This document shows, in pieces, positions 27,155 through 42,421 of a DNA stretch of 64,000 bases. Position 1 is the first letter of the stretch; every line of letters begins with the position of its first letter. The stretch is from assembly GCF_006345805.1 (NCBI RefSeq), contig NC_043026.1, positions 8,928,001 to 8,992,000 of the forward strand. Reading direction: 5' to 3'. The DNA comes from Octopus sinensis (lineage: Eukaryota). A program made the translations under genes and the position numbers. Under the pieces are notes generated by a model. It worked only from the letters and a program-made list of their open reading frames with translations, was not told where the DNA came from and searched no databases.

Positions 27155-27452
27155 TATAATCAAAATAAGCAACAAGAATGACTCCGGTAATTTGGTACGA
27201 TCGTTTCGTGGGCTCCACTACCTCAAATGTTCTTAAAATTTGAATCCACATCTTTGTCTATATATCTACCTTCTCTATAATGTTGCCACTTGATATGAAA
27301 ATTTTTGTATTAATGGAAAACCTCTGTAATTGACTGATGAGTGCTCAGCATTTTAAAACTGTTGTAATACTTCCAACATTTAATAAAATGATGTAGTACG
27401 AAACGATCGTACCAAATTACCGGAGTCATTCTTGTTGCTTATTTTGATTATA
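27155..27452. repeat. ~298-bp element with ~55-bp perfect terminal inverted repeats (MITE or inverted PLE ends)
   Basis: taatcaaaataagcaacaagaatgactccggtaatttggtacgatcgtttcgt and its reverse complement; TA at both ends. Confidence 0.8.
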
Positions 27453-27489
27453 TATATATGAGTGATGATTATGCATTAAATGGTTTAGT

Positions 27490-27985
27490 CTGTGTGCCTG
27501 GAATGACAAGAACAAGATAAATTCATGCAAAACAAATTAATAATCTGGATGAAATTGCTTTTATTAAAAAAATACCCCATAGGCAAGTTAACTTAGATGT
27601 GGTAACAAACTATAGAGTTGGGAAGCTGTTATTACATGCAGTTCTATTTCCTTTCCTGTGTAAATACATTTACAGTTACAGAGTGTCACCTTTTTTTTTT
27701 CATTTTGGCATACTAGGAACTTTGACAATTACAGCAATTCCCTGATGAGTAGCTTGGTTATTGCCATGGAGAAAGCCCAGAACACTACCACCAATTTAGG
27801 AGGAGCTCAAAATGCTTATTGTTCTTATGAATTGTCACATTGATAGTCATACATCTATATGAATAGATACACATTTAGTTAACACCAGAAGTGCCGAGCG
27901 GTCATTTATCACCAATTCTGCTTATTACTTTTTAATTTCTACAACTGTATTGAATGTGCAATCATGAGCATCATTTCATAAGTGT
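27490..27985. repeat. Shared 3' flank duplicon of E, F (38760-39330) and H (inverted, twice, 50170-51110)
   Basis: cacattgatagtcatacatctatatgaatagatacacatttag... block is near-identical in all copies. Confidence 0.8.
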
Positions 27986-28081
27986 ATAGCTATGTGTTCT
28001 CTCCAGCATGGAAACATTTGCGTGTAGCTAAGTTGCCACTTTGAGAGGATGACTTTCCACAGGTATCACATTAATGTGGTG

Positions 28082-28607
28082 AATTCCGCCAAGGTCGACT
28101 TTGCCTTTCATCCTTACAGGGTCGATAAATTAAGTACCAGTTGCGCACTGGGGTTGATGTAATCGACTTAATACTTATGTCTGTCCTTGTTTGACCCCTC
28201 TATGTTTAGCCCCTTGTGGGTAATAAAGAAATAGGTATTTCGTCTGCCGTTATGGTCTGAGTTCAAATTCCACCGAGGTCGACTTTGCCTTTCATCCTTA
28301 CAGGGTCGATAAATTAAGTACCAGTTGCGCACTGGGGTCGATGTAATTGACTTAATACTTATGTCTGTCCTTGTTTGACCCCTCTGTGTTTAGCCCCTTG
28401 TGGGTAATAAAGAAATAGGTATTTCATCTGCCGTTATGGTCTGAGTTCAAATTCCACCGAGGTCGACTTTGCCTTTCATCCTTACAGGGTCGATAAATTA
28501 AGTACCAGTTGCGCACTGGGGTCGATGTAATCGACTTAATACCTATATCTGTCCTTGTTTGTCCCCTCTATATTTAGCCCCTTGTGGGTAGTAAAGAAAT
28601 AGGTATT
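28082..28607 (+). mobile_element. SINE-B trimer (184-bp period) with perfect 14-bp TSD
   Basis: acattaatgtggtg at 28068-28081 and 28608-28621. Confidence 0.85.
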
Positions 28608-28610
28608 ACA

Positions 28611-29864
28611 TTAATGTGGTGTTTCTCCTGCATGAATACGTTTGTGATGACTTAGAGTAGTACTGGCGGAGAATGATTTACTACAAATAACACAGTGATA
28701 TGGCTTCTCTCCTGTATGGATATGTTTATGATCAGTTAAAGACCTTTTGCGTGAGAATGATTTACCGCAGATATTACAGGAATATGGTGTCTCTCCTGTG
28801 TGAACACGTATGTGAAAAAGTAAAACGCTTCGATCAGAGAATGATTTACCGCAGATATCACAGTGATGAGGCTTCTCCCCTGTATGAATACGCTTATGTG
28901 TAGTCAAGCTATATTTTTGAGAGAATGATTTGCTACAGATGTCACAGTGAAACGGCTTCTCTCCTGTATGAACACGTATGTGAGAAAGTAAAACACTTCG
29001 ATCAGAGAATGCGGTACTGCAGATGTCACAGTGATAAGGCTTCTCCCCTGTATGAATACGTTTGTGTAAAGTCAAGTTATATTTTCTAGGGAATGTTTTA
29101 CCACAGATGTCACAGTGGAATGGCTTCTCCACTGTATGAACACGTATGTGATAATTTAAAGCACTTTGGTAACAGAATGATGTACCACAGATATCACAGT
29201 GATAAGGCTTCTCTCCAGTATGAAGACGTTTGTGTGTGGTCAAGTTACCTTTTCGTGAGAATGATTTACCACAGATGTCACAGTGAAATAACTTTTCCCC
29301 TGTATGAAGACGTACGTGAGAATTTAAAGCACTTTGGTCAGAGAATGACCTTCCACAGACATCACAATGATAAGGCTTCTCTCCAGTATGACGACGTTTG
29401 TGTGCAGTCAAGCCGATTTTTTGAAAGAATGATTTACCACAGATGTTACACTGATGTGGCTTCTCTCCTGTATGAATACGTTTGTGTGTAGTTAAGTAAC
29501 TTTTTTGATAGAATGATTTACCACAGATGTCACAGTGAAATGGCTTCTCCCCTGTATGAATACGCTTATGTGAAGTCAAATTACTGGCTGCAGAGAATGA
29601 TTTACCACAGACATTACAATGATACGGTTTCTCTCCAGTATGGCTATGTCTGTGACTAATTAAGTTACTACTTACAGAAAACGATTTACCACAGGTGTCA
29701 CAGTGAAATGGCTTCTCCCCTGTATGAATACCTTTGTGCCTTTCCAAGTCACCCTTTTGAGAGAAGGACATTTTACACACATCACACTCATGTGACAATT
29801 TTTGTCTCCCTTTTTCACTATCTTCTGGAAAAATCAGTTCCTTTGGTTTCTCACTCTTTTCCAT
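28611..29864 (-). CDS. C2H2 zinc-finger protein E, 14 fingers
   Basis: Open 417-aa ORF; a decayed 15th finger lies beyond the stop and the SINE insert (~27985-28070). Confidence 0.92.
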   Translation of the reverse strand: MEKSEKPKELIFPEDSEKGRQKLSHECDVCKMSFSQKGDLERHKGIHTGEKPFHCDTCGKSFSVSSNLISHRHSHTGEKPYHCNVCGKSFSAASNLTSHKRIHTGEKPFHCDICGKSFYQKSYLTTHKRIHTGEKPHQCNICGKSFFQKIGLTAHKRRHTGEKPYHCDVCGRSFSDQSALNSHVRLHTGEKLFHCDICGKSFSRKGNLTTHKRLHTGEKPYHCDICGTSFCYQSALNYHIRVHTVEKPFHCDICGKTFPRKYNLTLHKRIHTGEKPYHCDICSTAFSDRSVLLSHIRVHTGEKPFHCDICSKSFSQKYSLTTHKRIHTGEKPHHCDICGKSFSDRSVLLFHIRVHTGETPYSCNICGKSFSRKRSLTDHKHIHTGEKPYHCVICSKSFSASTTLSHHKRIHAGETPH

Positions 29865-30504
29865 TGTTTTTCTTCAAAATCACAAATTTTTTTTCTTCTT
29901 TTTGATTTTATGGTCTTTTCTTTACAAATATTTCAACTGCTGAATTTCTGTCCATTGTTACCTTTGTCCCAAAACTCTTTAATGAATTTATCCAAGTTTA
30001 ATTTGCAAAGAGACACATCTTGTAGACACTCCAGCCAGTGATGTCCAGAAGGTTTGCTAATAACACAATTCAGAGTAAATATATCAGAGGAATTCCGCCA
30101 CAGACTTATAGAAACAATCTTATATATCTGTTCTGTACAATATTTCCATTTTGGTCTTTAAAAAGCTGATAAATAATGAGAATGTATCTTCAGTTATGCC
30201 AATGTCATCTGATATTCTGAAAGAATAAAGAAACAACAGTGTAAGATATAGAGGCTACTTAAAAAAATACAGATTCAACATTTCCATAAAGATAAACTCT
30301 AGAAACAAACATTTACTGAACAACAGAACTTTTTAATTCATTAAATTTACATCAGAAAAATTTTGTGTGAAGCTAACAGATTTGTAAACTCCAGCTCCAC
30401 ATTCACATTTTTAAATACATATTATAAAAATAAACAGAACACCATGTTGAATCGTTAGCTCCTACACACATTTTTTTTCTCTCCTTGTCTTTTTTTTCTG
30501 TGTA

Positions 30505-30542
30505 TCTTTCTGTCGAAGAGCGTAGGCTCGAAACGTAAAAGA
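30505..30542 (+). ncRNA. Minimal hammerhead-like motif (A6U core change) in a PLE-type tail
   Basis: tcttt-CUGUCGA-a-gagc(gtag)gctc-GAAA-cg-UA-aaaga. Confidence 0.45.
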
Positions 30543-30829
30543 CTTGTTTCATTTCTATTCCTGAGCGCCATACTAATACATCTGTTTCTTTGTACTCCAC
30601 CTGCCTTCATCTTTTGTTTATTTTCGTAAACCTTCCCATTATAAAAATAAAGATGTGACAATCCATCTGTAACGAGAAAAGCTACTTCATCCATATTAAA
30701 ATTAAAAGTTAATTCTTGTGTAAAATTTTACACCGAAGACAATGGAAGCGGTCCCCAACTCTATGTGCCCTGTTAACGAAGCTGCCTGCCATTTTCCAAC
30801 AGCTTTTACCCATGGTAGATCCGAAATAA

Positions 30830-31655
30830 TAATAATAATAATAATGAAATTATTGTATACAGTGCTCAGGTGCACCACAACTTGTCAAAAGTGCATATAA
30901 AGCATATGCAGTAATGTAAAAATGCCTGGAAAGCGAACAATGTATGAGTCAGACACATGCTTGCGTGTGTATGGAGGGGAGAAAATCAGGTGTAGTGTTG
31001 GCGAATCTCAGGAAGCATGGAAGTTTTGAAGGATGCAGTGCTCCGACAACTAACAACTGATGCCGGCAGTTTGTTCCATGCTTCACCGTGTGTATGGAGG
31101 GGAGAAAATCAGGTGTAGTGTTGGCGAATCTCAGGAAGCATGGAAGTTTTGAAGAATGCAGTGCTCCGACAACTAACAACTGATGCCGGCAGTTTGTTCC
31201 ATGCTTCACCGTGTGTATGGAGGGGAGAAAATCAGGTGTAGTGTTGGCGAATCTCAGGAAGCATGGAAGTTTTGAAGGATGCAGTGCTCCGACAACTAAC
31301 AACTGATGCCGGCAGTTTGTTCCATGCTTCAGCGTGTGTATGGAGGGGAGAAAATCAGGTGTAGTGTTGGCGAATCTCAGGAAGCATGGAAGTTTTGAAG
31401 GATGCAGTGCTCCGACAACTAACAACTGATGCCGGCAGTTTGTTCCATGCTTCAGCGTGTGTATGGAGGGGAGAAAATCAGGTGTAGTGTTGGCGAATCT
31501 CAGGAAGCATGGAAGTTTTGAAGGATGCAGTGCTCCGACAACTAACAACTGATGCCGGCAGTTTGTTCCATGCTTCAGCGTGTGTATGGAGGGGAGAAAA
31601 TCAGGTGTAGTGTTGGCGAATCTCAGGAAGCATGGAAGTTTTGAAGGATGCAGTG
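30830..31655 (-). mobile_element. CR1-like LINE 3' end with 123-bp unit repeated ~5.6 times (30965-31655)
   Basis: 41-aa periodic ORF; (ATT)n-type tail at ~30830. Confidence 0.8.
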
Positions 31656-31909
31656 ATCTAACAATAGTAATTTATAATAATGATAACAACCCTCCCTTTC
31701 CTATTTCATATCCTTCATATGTCCTTCTCTTTCACTTTCTTCTCTCTTTACCTGTCTCCTTTTAAATGCCAACTTTAACATTTCCCTTCTTTTATATAAA
31801 CATATATTATGTATGTGTGTGTGTGTTATATATTGTGTTCATGTATACGTATATTATGTATGTGTATATATGTATATACTTTTATTCTTGTACTTGTTTC
31901 ACTCATAAA

Positions 31910-32510
31910 AAAATAATGAAATTATTGTATACAGTGCTCAGGTGCACCACAACTTGTCAGAAAGTGCGTATAAAGCATATGCAGCAATGTACAAATGTCT
32001 AGGAAGTGAACAGTGTATGAGTCAGATACATGCTTGCGTGTGTATGGAGGGGAGAAAATCAGGTGTAGTGTTGGCGAATCTCAGGAAGCATGGAAGTTTT
32101 GAAGGATGCAGTGCTCCGACAACTAACAACTGATGCCGGCAGTTTGTTCCATGCTTCAGCGTGTGTATGGAGGGGAGAAAATCAGGTGTAGTATTGGCGA
32201 ATCTCAGGAAGCATGGAAGTTTTGAAGGATGCAGTGCTCCGACAACTAACAACTGATGCCGGCAGTCTGTCCCATGCTTCAGCAACTCTCAGCGTGAAAA
32301 AATGTTTCCTGAAGTCATGGGAGCTGTGCTGTTTTCTGACTTTGTAAATATGTCCACGGGTGTTAGACGGGTGGAGTTTGAAAAGGTGCTCAGAGTTATT
32401 GTTAGTAAGATGGTTAATAATTTTATGGGTGTCTGCCAAGTCAGCTGCCAGACGTCGGAGTTTCAATGTGTCCATGCCCAGGGAAGTAAGGCGTTCAGGA
32501 TAGATCACTA
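31910..32510 (-). mobile_element. CR1-like LINE 3' end (RT C-terminus), 2 copies of the 123-bp unit
   Basis: YPERLTSLGMDTLKLRRL...RGHIYK...HFFTLRVAEAWDRLP. Confidence 0.88.
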
Positions 32511-32664
32511 AGGAAGATAATTTTTATGGGATCAACATATACGAGTTGAAAATACATGATCTGTCTAAAGGAGACCATTCTTATAAGATTATTATATTTC
32601 TTTTTGTTACAAACAAACTTTGCTTTCAATGACACAGACAATAACATGAGTGTGTGTGTGTGTG

Positions 32665-32832
32665 TGTAAAAGCACCCACTACACTCTCGGAGTGGTTGGC
32701 GTTAGGAAGGGCATCCAGCTGTAGAAACTCTGCCAGAGCAGATTGGAGCCTGGTGCAGCCATCTGGTTTGCCAGACCTCAGTCAAATCGTCCAACCCATG
32801 CCAGCATGGAAAGCGGACGTTAAACGATGATG
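32665..32832 (+). mobile_element. RTE 3'UTR fragment
   Basis: aaaagcacccactacactc...ggacgttaaacgatgatg. Confidence 0.75.
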
Positions 32833-34128
32833 TAATAAACTCTATTACTTATTTTACATTTGTTTTGGGATCTTTTCCGTTTGAACGGCAGATTTCAACA
32901 CAATTTCTAGTTAACTAAAAAATTTTAAACTTCGTATACTGGTAGAATGTGTTACATAAAACATCTTTTTCTCTTGGCTTTCTTGAGAAAATTCTATAGT
33001 TTGTAAGATATTTTAAACTTCGTATACTGGTAGATTGTTTTTATAAAACATTTTTTTCTCTTGGCTTTCTTGAGAAAATTGTAATTCGTTTGTTTAACGT
33101 AGTTTAATTTTTCGAATTAATTCCGTCGAGGTCGTCTTTGCTTTTCATCCTTTCGGGGTCGGTAAATAAAGTACCAGTTACGCACTGGGGTCGATGTAAT
33201 CGACTTAATCCCTTTGTCTGTCCTTGTTTGTCCCTTCTAAGTTTAGCCCCTTGTGTGTAGTAAAGAAATATATATCAGTTAACTAGTCACGGACTAGTTA
33301 ACTAATTACCTAATTTCCCTTCAACACCATAAAGAAGAAACAATTGCGAATAGTCGTTACTCATTTTGCCCCATCTTAGACATGATTTTTGATAATTGAA
33401 AATTACCAAATCAGACACTAAACGGGGGGGGGGAAATGGATCTGGAATCTAAGAGAGAGAAGAATATTGATGGTTAAACACCGAACATCATCCAGATAAT
33501 TTATTAGTAACCTCGATTACAATCGGGTTGAAAGTAGAGGAAAATAAATAGGACCCGACACCTGACTATGTTTCGGACTGCAACTTCGACAACTATGATC
33601 ACCAATTTTCACTCATAAATATAATAAACTTTTTAAAATAGGGAAAACTAGGAAATTACTCATTTTGCCCCGCTTACTAATTTCGTCCCCTTCTTTTTAT
33701 CACGAAATAAACATTCGATAAATTATAATAAAACATTCATTTCTCAACAGTTCTGTGGTTGGAGATTATTTGGGAACATTTCTCAAGCTAAAACACAACA
33801 AACGAACGTGGAAACGAGGAAAATGTAGGAAGAAATTAGGAATTACTCATTTTGCCCCACTTACTAATTTCATCTACTTCCTTTTATCAAGAAACAAACA
33901 TTCGATAAATTATAATAAAGCATTGGTTTCTCAACATTTCTGTGGTTGGAGTTTATTTGAGGATATTTCTCCAACTAAAACACACAACAAACTAACGTGG
34001 AAAAACGATGGAGCGTGTAGAAGGTTGCCGCCATAGCTAGAAATAGCAGCCAAATGTCGCACACATCAAAGGACATCTGAGACACCAAAGTATTAAAAGA
34101 TTAAATGTTTTCATTGTTTAATACTTAC

Positions 34129-34300
34129 GGAAATGTCTTTATAAAGGATGGTGTTGTTGTTGTTATGAGTGCATCAGGTGGTAGAGAAATGTATAATAAA
34201 TGTGTTTGGGAGTGAATTGAGAGAAATTCTTGAATAAGACGTTTGTCAAGAAGTAATGAAATGAGGCGGAAGTAGATTTAGTGCGCATGCGTATAAAATA
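34129..34300 (-). promoter_or_regulatory. Putative promoter and non-coding exon 1 of ZNF-E
   Basis: NRF1-like motif at 34282-34292, ETS-like acttccgcc, GTAAGT donor at 34128. Confidence 0.65.
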
Positions 34301-34843
34301 TTGGTTTCAAATTTTCGCACAACGCCGGCAAATTCGGTGTAGGAGTGAGACGGGGGGGGGCTTCAGTCGATTACTTGGACCTCAGTAGTCAACTGGTATT
34401 TATTTTATGTTCTGAGCTGGCGAGCTGGCAGAATCGTTAGCACGCCGGGCGAAATGCTTAGCGGTATTTCGTCTGCGGTTACGTTGTGAGTTCAAATTCC
34501 GCCGAGGTCGACTTTGCCTTTCATCCTTTCGGGGTCGATGTAATCGACTTAATACCTGTCTGTCCTTGTTTGTCCCCTCTATGTTTAGCCCCTTGTATGT
34601 AATAAAGAAATAGGTATTTATTTTATTGAACTCCAGCAAAACGATTAAAGGCAAAGTGGACCTCACTGGAATTTCCGCATGCATGCATGCATAAATGTGG
34701 GCCTACGTAAAAACGTGCACCCGTCCCACGATTTCTTCGGATTTTCTTGTTTTCGCCTTAGGAGAAAACGATTTTGCCGAAATGTCGCATTTTCAAAATT
34801 TTACTTCCAACCCCAAATCCAATTTCTTAATTTCGGTGCTACT

Positions 34844-35428
34844 AGGCGCAGGAGTGGCTGTGTGGTAAGTAGCTTGCTTACCAACCACATGGTTCCGGGT
34901 TCAGTCCCACTGCATGGCACCTTGGGCAAGTGCCTTCTACTATAGCCTCGGGCCGACCAAAGCCTTGTGAGTGGATTTGGTAGACGGAAACTGAAAGAAG
35001 CCTGTCGTATATATGTATATATAGGCGCAGGAATGGCTGTGTGGTAAGTAGCTTGCTTACCAACCACATGGTTCCGGGTTCAGTCCCACTGCATGGCACC
35101 TTGGGCAAGTGCCTTCTACTATAGCCTCGGGCCGACCAAAGCCTTGTGAGTGGATTTGGTAGACGGAAACTGAAAGAAGCCTGTCGTATATATGTATATA
35201 TATATATGTCTGTGTGTGTATGTTTGTGCGTCTGTGTTTGTCCCCCTAGCATTGCTTGACAACCGATGCTGGTGTGTTTACGTCCCCGTCACATAGCGGT
35301 TCGGCAAAAGGTGACTGATAGAATAAGTACTGGGCTTACAAAGAATAAGTCCCGGGGTCGATTTTCTCGACTAAAGGCGGTGCTCCAGCATGGCCGCAGT
35401 CAAATGACTGAAACAAGTAAAAGAGTAG
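34844..35428 (+). mobile_element. Full-length SINE-A with duplicated head
   Basis: Two heads, central microsatellite, 3' tail ending aaacaagtaaaagagt. Confidence 0.88.
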
Positions 35429-35430
35429 AG

Positions 35431-35862
35431 TGCTAGCGAAGACTGGACCTGCTGCGCGCACACGCACAGTGGCGCGTCCGCGCTAGCTAGTCGTAAGTAG
35501 TCGATCCTACAACGACTTGCGCGTATGCAAATGAGTTGATTTTACAGAATAAAATAAAAGAATTTTTTAAAGAAAGTAAATAAATTATTTCTTAGAACAA
35601 TGTATATGATTTTTTAACACAAATCAAATAAAATGTGTGTGATATATTCTTTTAGTTTTCATATTCTTTAGTTTTTAATCATGTGTGTGTGTGTATATAT
35701 ATATACACACCGATACAAATAGATATTATATATGTGTTTATGTGTGATATATTCTTTTACTAGTTTTTAGTTTTTGGACGTGTGCGTGTGTGTATATGTG
35801 TGTGTATGTTACGACTAGCTAGCGCGTGCGCGCGCACCGGGTCCAGTCTTCGCTAGTAGTAC
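35431..35862. mobile_element. MITE-like element (related to 46571-47280)
   Basis: ctagcgaagactggacc / ggtccagtcttcgctag inverted ends; gctagctagtcgtaa subterminal repeats. Confidence 0.6.
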
Positions 35863-35879
35863 CCTTAATTTCTAACTAT

Positions 35880-36270
35880 TTACTCTTTTACTTGTTTCAG
35901 TCATTTTGACTGCGGCCATGCTGGAGCACCACCTTTAATCGAGCAACTCGACCCCGGGACTTATTCTTTTGTAAGCCCAGTACTTATTCTATCGGTCGCT
36001 TTTGCCGAACCGCTAAGTAACGGGGACATAAACACACCAGCATCGGTTGTCAAGCAATGCTAGGGGGACAAACACAGACACACACACACATATATATATA
36101 CATTTATACGACGGGCTTCTTTCAGTTTCCGTCTACCAAATCCATTCACAAGGCTTTGGTCAGCCCGAGGCTATAGTAGAAGACACTTGCCGAAGGTGCC
36201 ACGCAGTGGGACTGAACCTGGAACCATGTGGTTGATAAACAAGCTACTTACCACACAGCCACTCCTGCGT
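35880..36270 (-). mobile_element. Full-length SINE-A
   Basis: Reverse complement of the 35024-35428 consensus. Confidence 0.85.
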
Positions 36271-36734
36271 ATCTATTTTAAATACATTATAATACGTACT
36301 GATTCCAACAGATGGTTTCAATTTTAATTCAAATTCAGTATTGTCTTTTCATTGGACATTTCTACTACTCATTCGCTCTACGCTCCTTATATGGAGCTAA
36401 AACTCCAATTTCCAAACTCATCTATAAAGGGAATGTCTCCGATACCTCTTTACTTATATCTTCAAATAACCATTGAAGCCGTTATGATTAAATATCCGAC
36501 ATGACACCCCATTGTTTAACGTCCGCTTTCCATGCTGGCATGGGTTGGACGGCTTCACTGAGGACTGGTGCGCCAGACTCAATCTGGACTGGCAGAGTTT
36601 CTACAGCTGGATGCCCTTCCTAACGGCAACCACTCCGAGAGTGTAGTGGGTGCTTTTTTCATATGCCACCGGCGCGAGGGCCAGTCAGGCAGCCCGGGTT
36701 CGATTCCCGGCATGGGAACGCTTATTTTGAAGGC

Positions 36735-37640
36735 AGCGAGCTGGCAGAAACATTAGCACGCCGGGCGAAATGCTTTGCGATATTTCGTCCGCCGCTGCAT
36801 TCTGAGTTCAAATTCCGCTGAGGTCAACTTTGCCCTTCATCCTTTCGGGGTCGATAAATTAAGTACCAGTTACGCACTGGGGTCGATGTGATCAACTTAA
36901 TCCGTTTGTCCCCTCTGTATGTAGCCCCTTGTGGATAGTAAAGAAATAGGTATTTCGTCTGCCGTTACATTCTGAGTTCAAATTCCGCTGAGATTGACTT
37001 TGCCTTTCATCCTTTCGGGGTCAATATAATCGACTTAATCCGTTTGTCTGTCCTTGTTTGTTCCCTCTGTATGTAGCCCCTTGTGGGTAGTAAAGAAATA
37101 GGTATTTCGCCTGCCGCTACGTTCTGAGTTCAAATTCCGCCAAGGTCAACTTTGCCTTTCATCCTTTCGGGGTCGATAAATTAAGTACCAGTTACGCACT
37201 GGGGTCGATGTAATCGACTTAATCCGTTTGTCTGTCCTTGTTTGTCCTCTCTGTGTTTAGTCCCTTGTGGGTAGTAAAGAAATAGGTATTTTGTCCGCCG
37301 CTGCGTTCTGAGTTCAAATTCCGCCGAGGTCAACTTTGCCTTTCATCCTTTCGGGGTCGATAAATTAAGTACCAGTTATGCACTGGGGTTGATGTAATCG
37401 ACTTAATACTTATGTCTGTCCTTGTTTGTCCTCTCTGTGTTTAGTCCCTTGTGGGTAGTAAAGAAATAGGTATTTTGTCCGCCGCTGCGTTCTGAGTTCA
37501 AATTCCGCCGAGGTCAACTTTGCCTTTCATCCTTTCGGGGTCGATAAATTAAGTACCAGTTACGCACTGGAATCGATATAATCGACTTAATCCTTGTGTC
37601 TGTCCTTGTTTGTCCTCTCTGTGCTTAGCCCCTTGTTGAT
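36735..37640 (+). mobile_element. SINE-B head followed by about 5 tandem 3' units
   Basis: gcgagctggcagaaacattagc head, then repeated ttctgagttcaaattccgc...aaagaaataggt. Confidence 0.85.
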
Positions 37641-37964
37641 AGTAAAGAAATAGGTACTGGCAACGACCACACACACAATTACCAATATGACTCTCCTACA
37701 TCCATTTTTTCTATATTTCCTTCTGTTCCTTGGATTACATTTTCTTTCTTTCCTACACTGAAGTGTACACTGATATTTAGTTAATTTCAATCAATCATGA
37801 ATTTCTATGATGATGATGATTATATCACTGTACGAAACGGTTGTCTGCAAGAATTATATTTCTTATAAATTTTAACAACTTGTCTCCTCCACTTTTAAGA
37901 AAATTGATGGGATATATGGAACTTTATTCCATAAATTCATCATACATTATATATATATATCTGA

Positions 37965-38287
37965 GACCGCCTTCAGTCACGACACTGACAATGGGATTGC
38001 ACCTAGAAAGTTACCCTCCCAGGCACAAGTCCAGGCAAGGTTGTTTATGGAAGACCAGCAGTCGCCCATGCATACCGGCCTCCCCTCTCCATGCCACCAG
38101 TGTTATCGAAGGGAAAGGCAAAGGGGCTAATACAGCTTGGCACCTGTGACATCGCAACTCATTTCTAAGGCTGAGTGAACAGGAGCAACATGAAATAAAG
38201 TGTCTTGCTCAAGTACACAACACGCAGCCCGGTCTGGGATTCGAGCTCACAACCTCACGATCGTAAGCTCAATGCTCTAACCACTGA

Positions 38288-38290
<3 letters not shown>
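37965..38290 (-). mobile_element. tRNA-derived SINE with LINE-like tail
   Basis: ggctcagtggttagagcattgagcttacgatcgtgaggttgtgagctcgaatccc head on the minus strand. Confidence 0.7.
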
Positions 38291-38335
<45 letters not shown>

Positions 38336-39624
38336 TGCATATATGTGATGTGAGATAATAGTTTCACTATTATCTCAGTTTACAATAGAGATGTTATTGT
38401 TTCACTTTTGACATGTAATACCAAAACAGTGTAGGAAATAAGAGATTGCTCCGGGCTCGCAGTAGGCAAGAAGTTGAAAAGTTTTTCGATCCACGACACT
38501 CCATGGACCCTAAGTAGTGCATATGTAAAACTTGAATGAAATCAGTTGGGTATTTCTCGAGTTTTAGTGACACACTTTCTCAGTTTCATATATACACATA
38601 CAATGAGTTTCTTTCAAATTCCATCCACCAAATCAATTTAGGTCGGTCAGCTTCAGGTGATATTAGAAGATAGCTGACCAAGGTGCCACGCAGTGGGAGT
38701 GAACCCAGAACCATGTAGTTGGGAAGCAAGCTTCTTACCACACAGCCACACTAATTGGTTTTAAGTTTCATAATAAAATTCATGCAAAACAAATTTAAAA
38801 TCTGGAAGAAATTGCTTTTATTGAAAAATAATATCCCACAGGTAAGTTACCTGAGATGTGGTGACATAAACTATAGAGTTGGGAGGTTGTTATCACACTG
38901 TTCTACCTCCTCTCCTGTGCGAATACATTTATAGTTAAAGAGTGTCCCTTTTCTTTCTTTGGCCTAAAAGGAGCTTTGACAATTACAGCAATTCCCTGAT
39001 GAGTAGCTTAGTTAATGCCATGGAGAAAGTCCAGAACACTATCACCAATTTAGGAGGAGCTCAAAATGCTTATTGTTCTTATGAATTGTCACATTGATAG
39101 TCATACATCTATATGAATAGATACACATTTAGTGAACACCAGAAGTACCGAGTGGTCATTTTTCACCAATTCTGCTTATTACTTTTTAATTTCTACAACT
39201 GTATTGAATGTGCAATCATGAGCATCATATCAAGTATATGTGCATAGATATATATTTTTCACATGTAAATAAATGCTAAAAGAATGTATTTTCAAATCCT
39301 TTATTCACTGCATTTGCTGATATTTAAAATAAATTGTATTAAATAAATATTTTCAATTACACTTAAAAATGACCGCTATGGTCTTTGTAAAAAGTAAGGA
39401 ATTTTGGTACTTCTAAACCACCCATATTTGATCTAATACTCTACCTATTTTATGTTCAAACTGGCCAGAGTCGGCCTCTTACACCTACCCTACAATGTCA
39501 TTCTGAAAATAAACAATCACATCATCAAAACTCGAGAGCTATGAGATAATGCAAAACAAATTGAAAATAATGTGAATAAATAACCCTCACATTCGACAGA
39601 ATACTCTGCATGGTAAAGGGTTCA

Positions 39625-41702
<2,078 letters not shown>

Positions 41703-42421
41703 TTATTCTTTTTGCTTCTATAGTCTTTTGTTTACAAATATTTCAACTGCTGTATTTCTGGCCACTGTTACCTTTGTCACAAAACAACTAAATTTATCCA
41801 CATTCAATCTGCAAACAGGCTCATCTTGTAGACACTCCAGCCAGTGATGTCCAGAAGGTTTGCTACTAACACAATTCAGAGTAAATATATCAGAGGAATT
41901 CCACCAAAGATTTATAGAAACAATCTTATACATCTGTTCTGTACAATATTTTCCATTTTGGTCATTAAAAGATGAAAAATAATGAGAATGTATCTTCAGT
42001 TATGCCAATGTCATCTGATATTCTGAAATAATAAAGAAACAACAGTGTAAGATATGGAGGCTACTTAAAAAAATACAGATTCAACATTTCCATAAAGATA
42101 AACTCTAGAAATAAACATTTACCTGAACAACAGAACTTTCTAATTTACTAAAATTTACATCAGAAAATCTTGTGTGAAGCTAACATATTTCTAAACTCCA
42201 GCTACACATTCATATTGTGTAACATTTATATGTATGTGTGTATGTACACTCATACACATACTTCAAACTACCAGTACCTTCCACTGACCATTCTCCTATG
42301 CACATGTGTAGGTAGACACACAACAGGAGCCACTCCTACTATAAATTCTTCTGATGACCTTAAAGGATACTAAGCCCAACCACACATATAGATAAACAGC
42401 CACAACCACACACAGACACAC

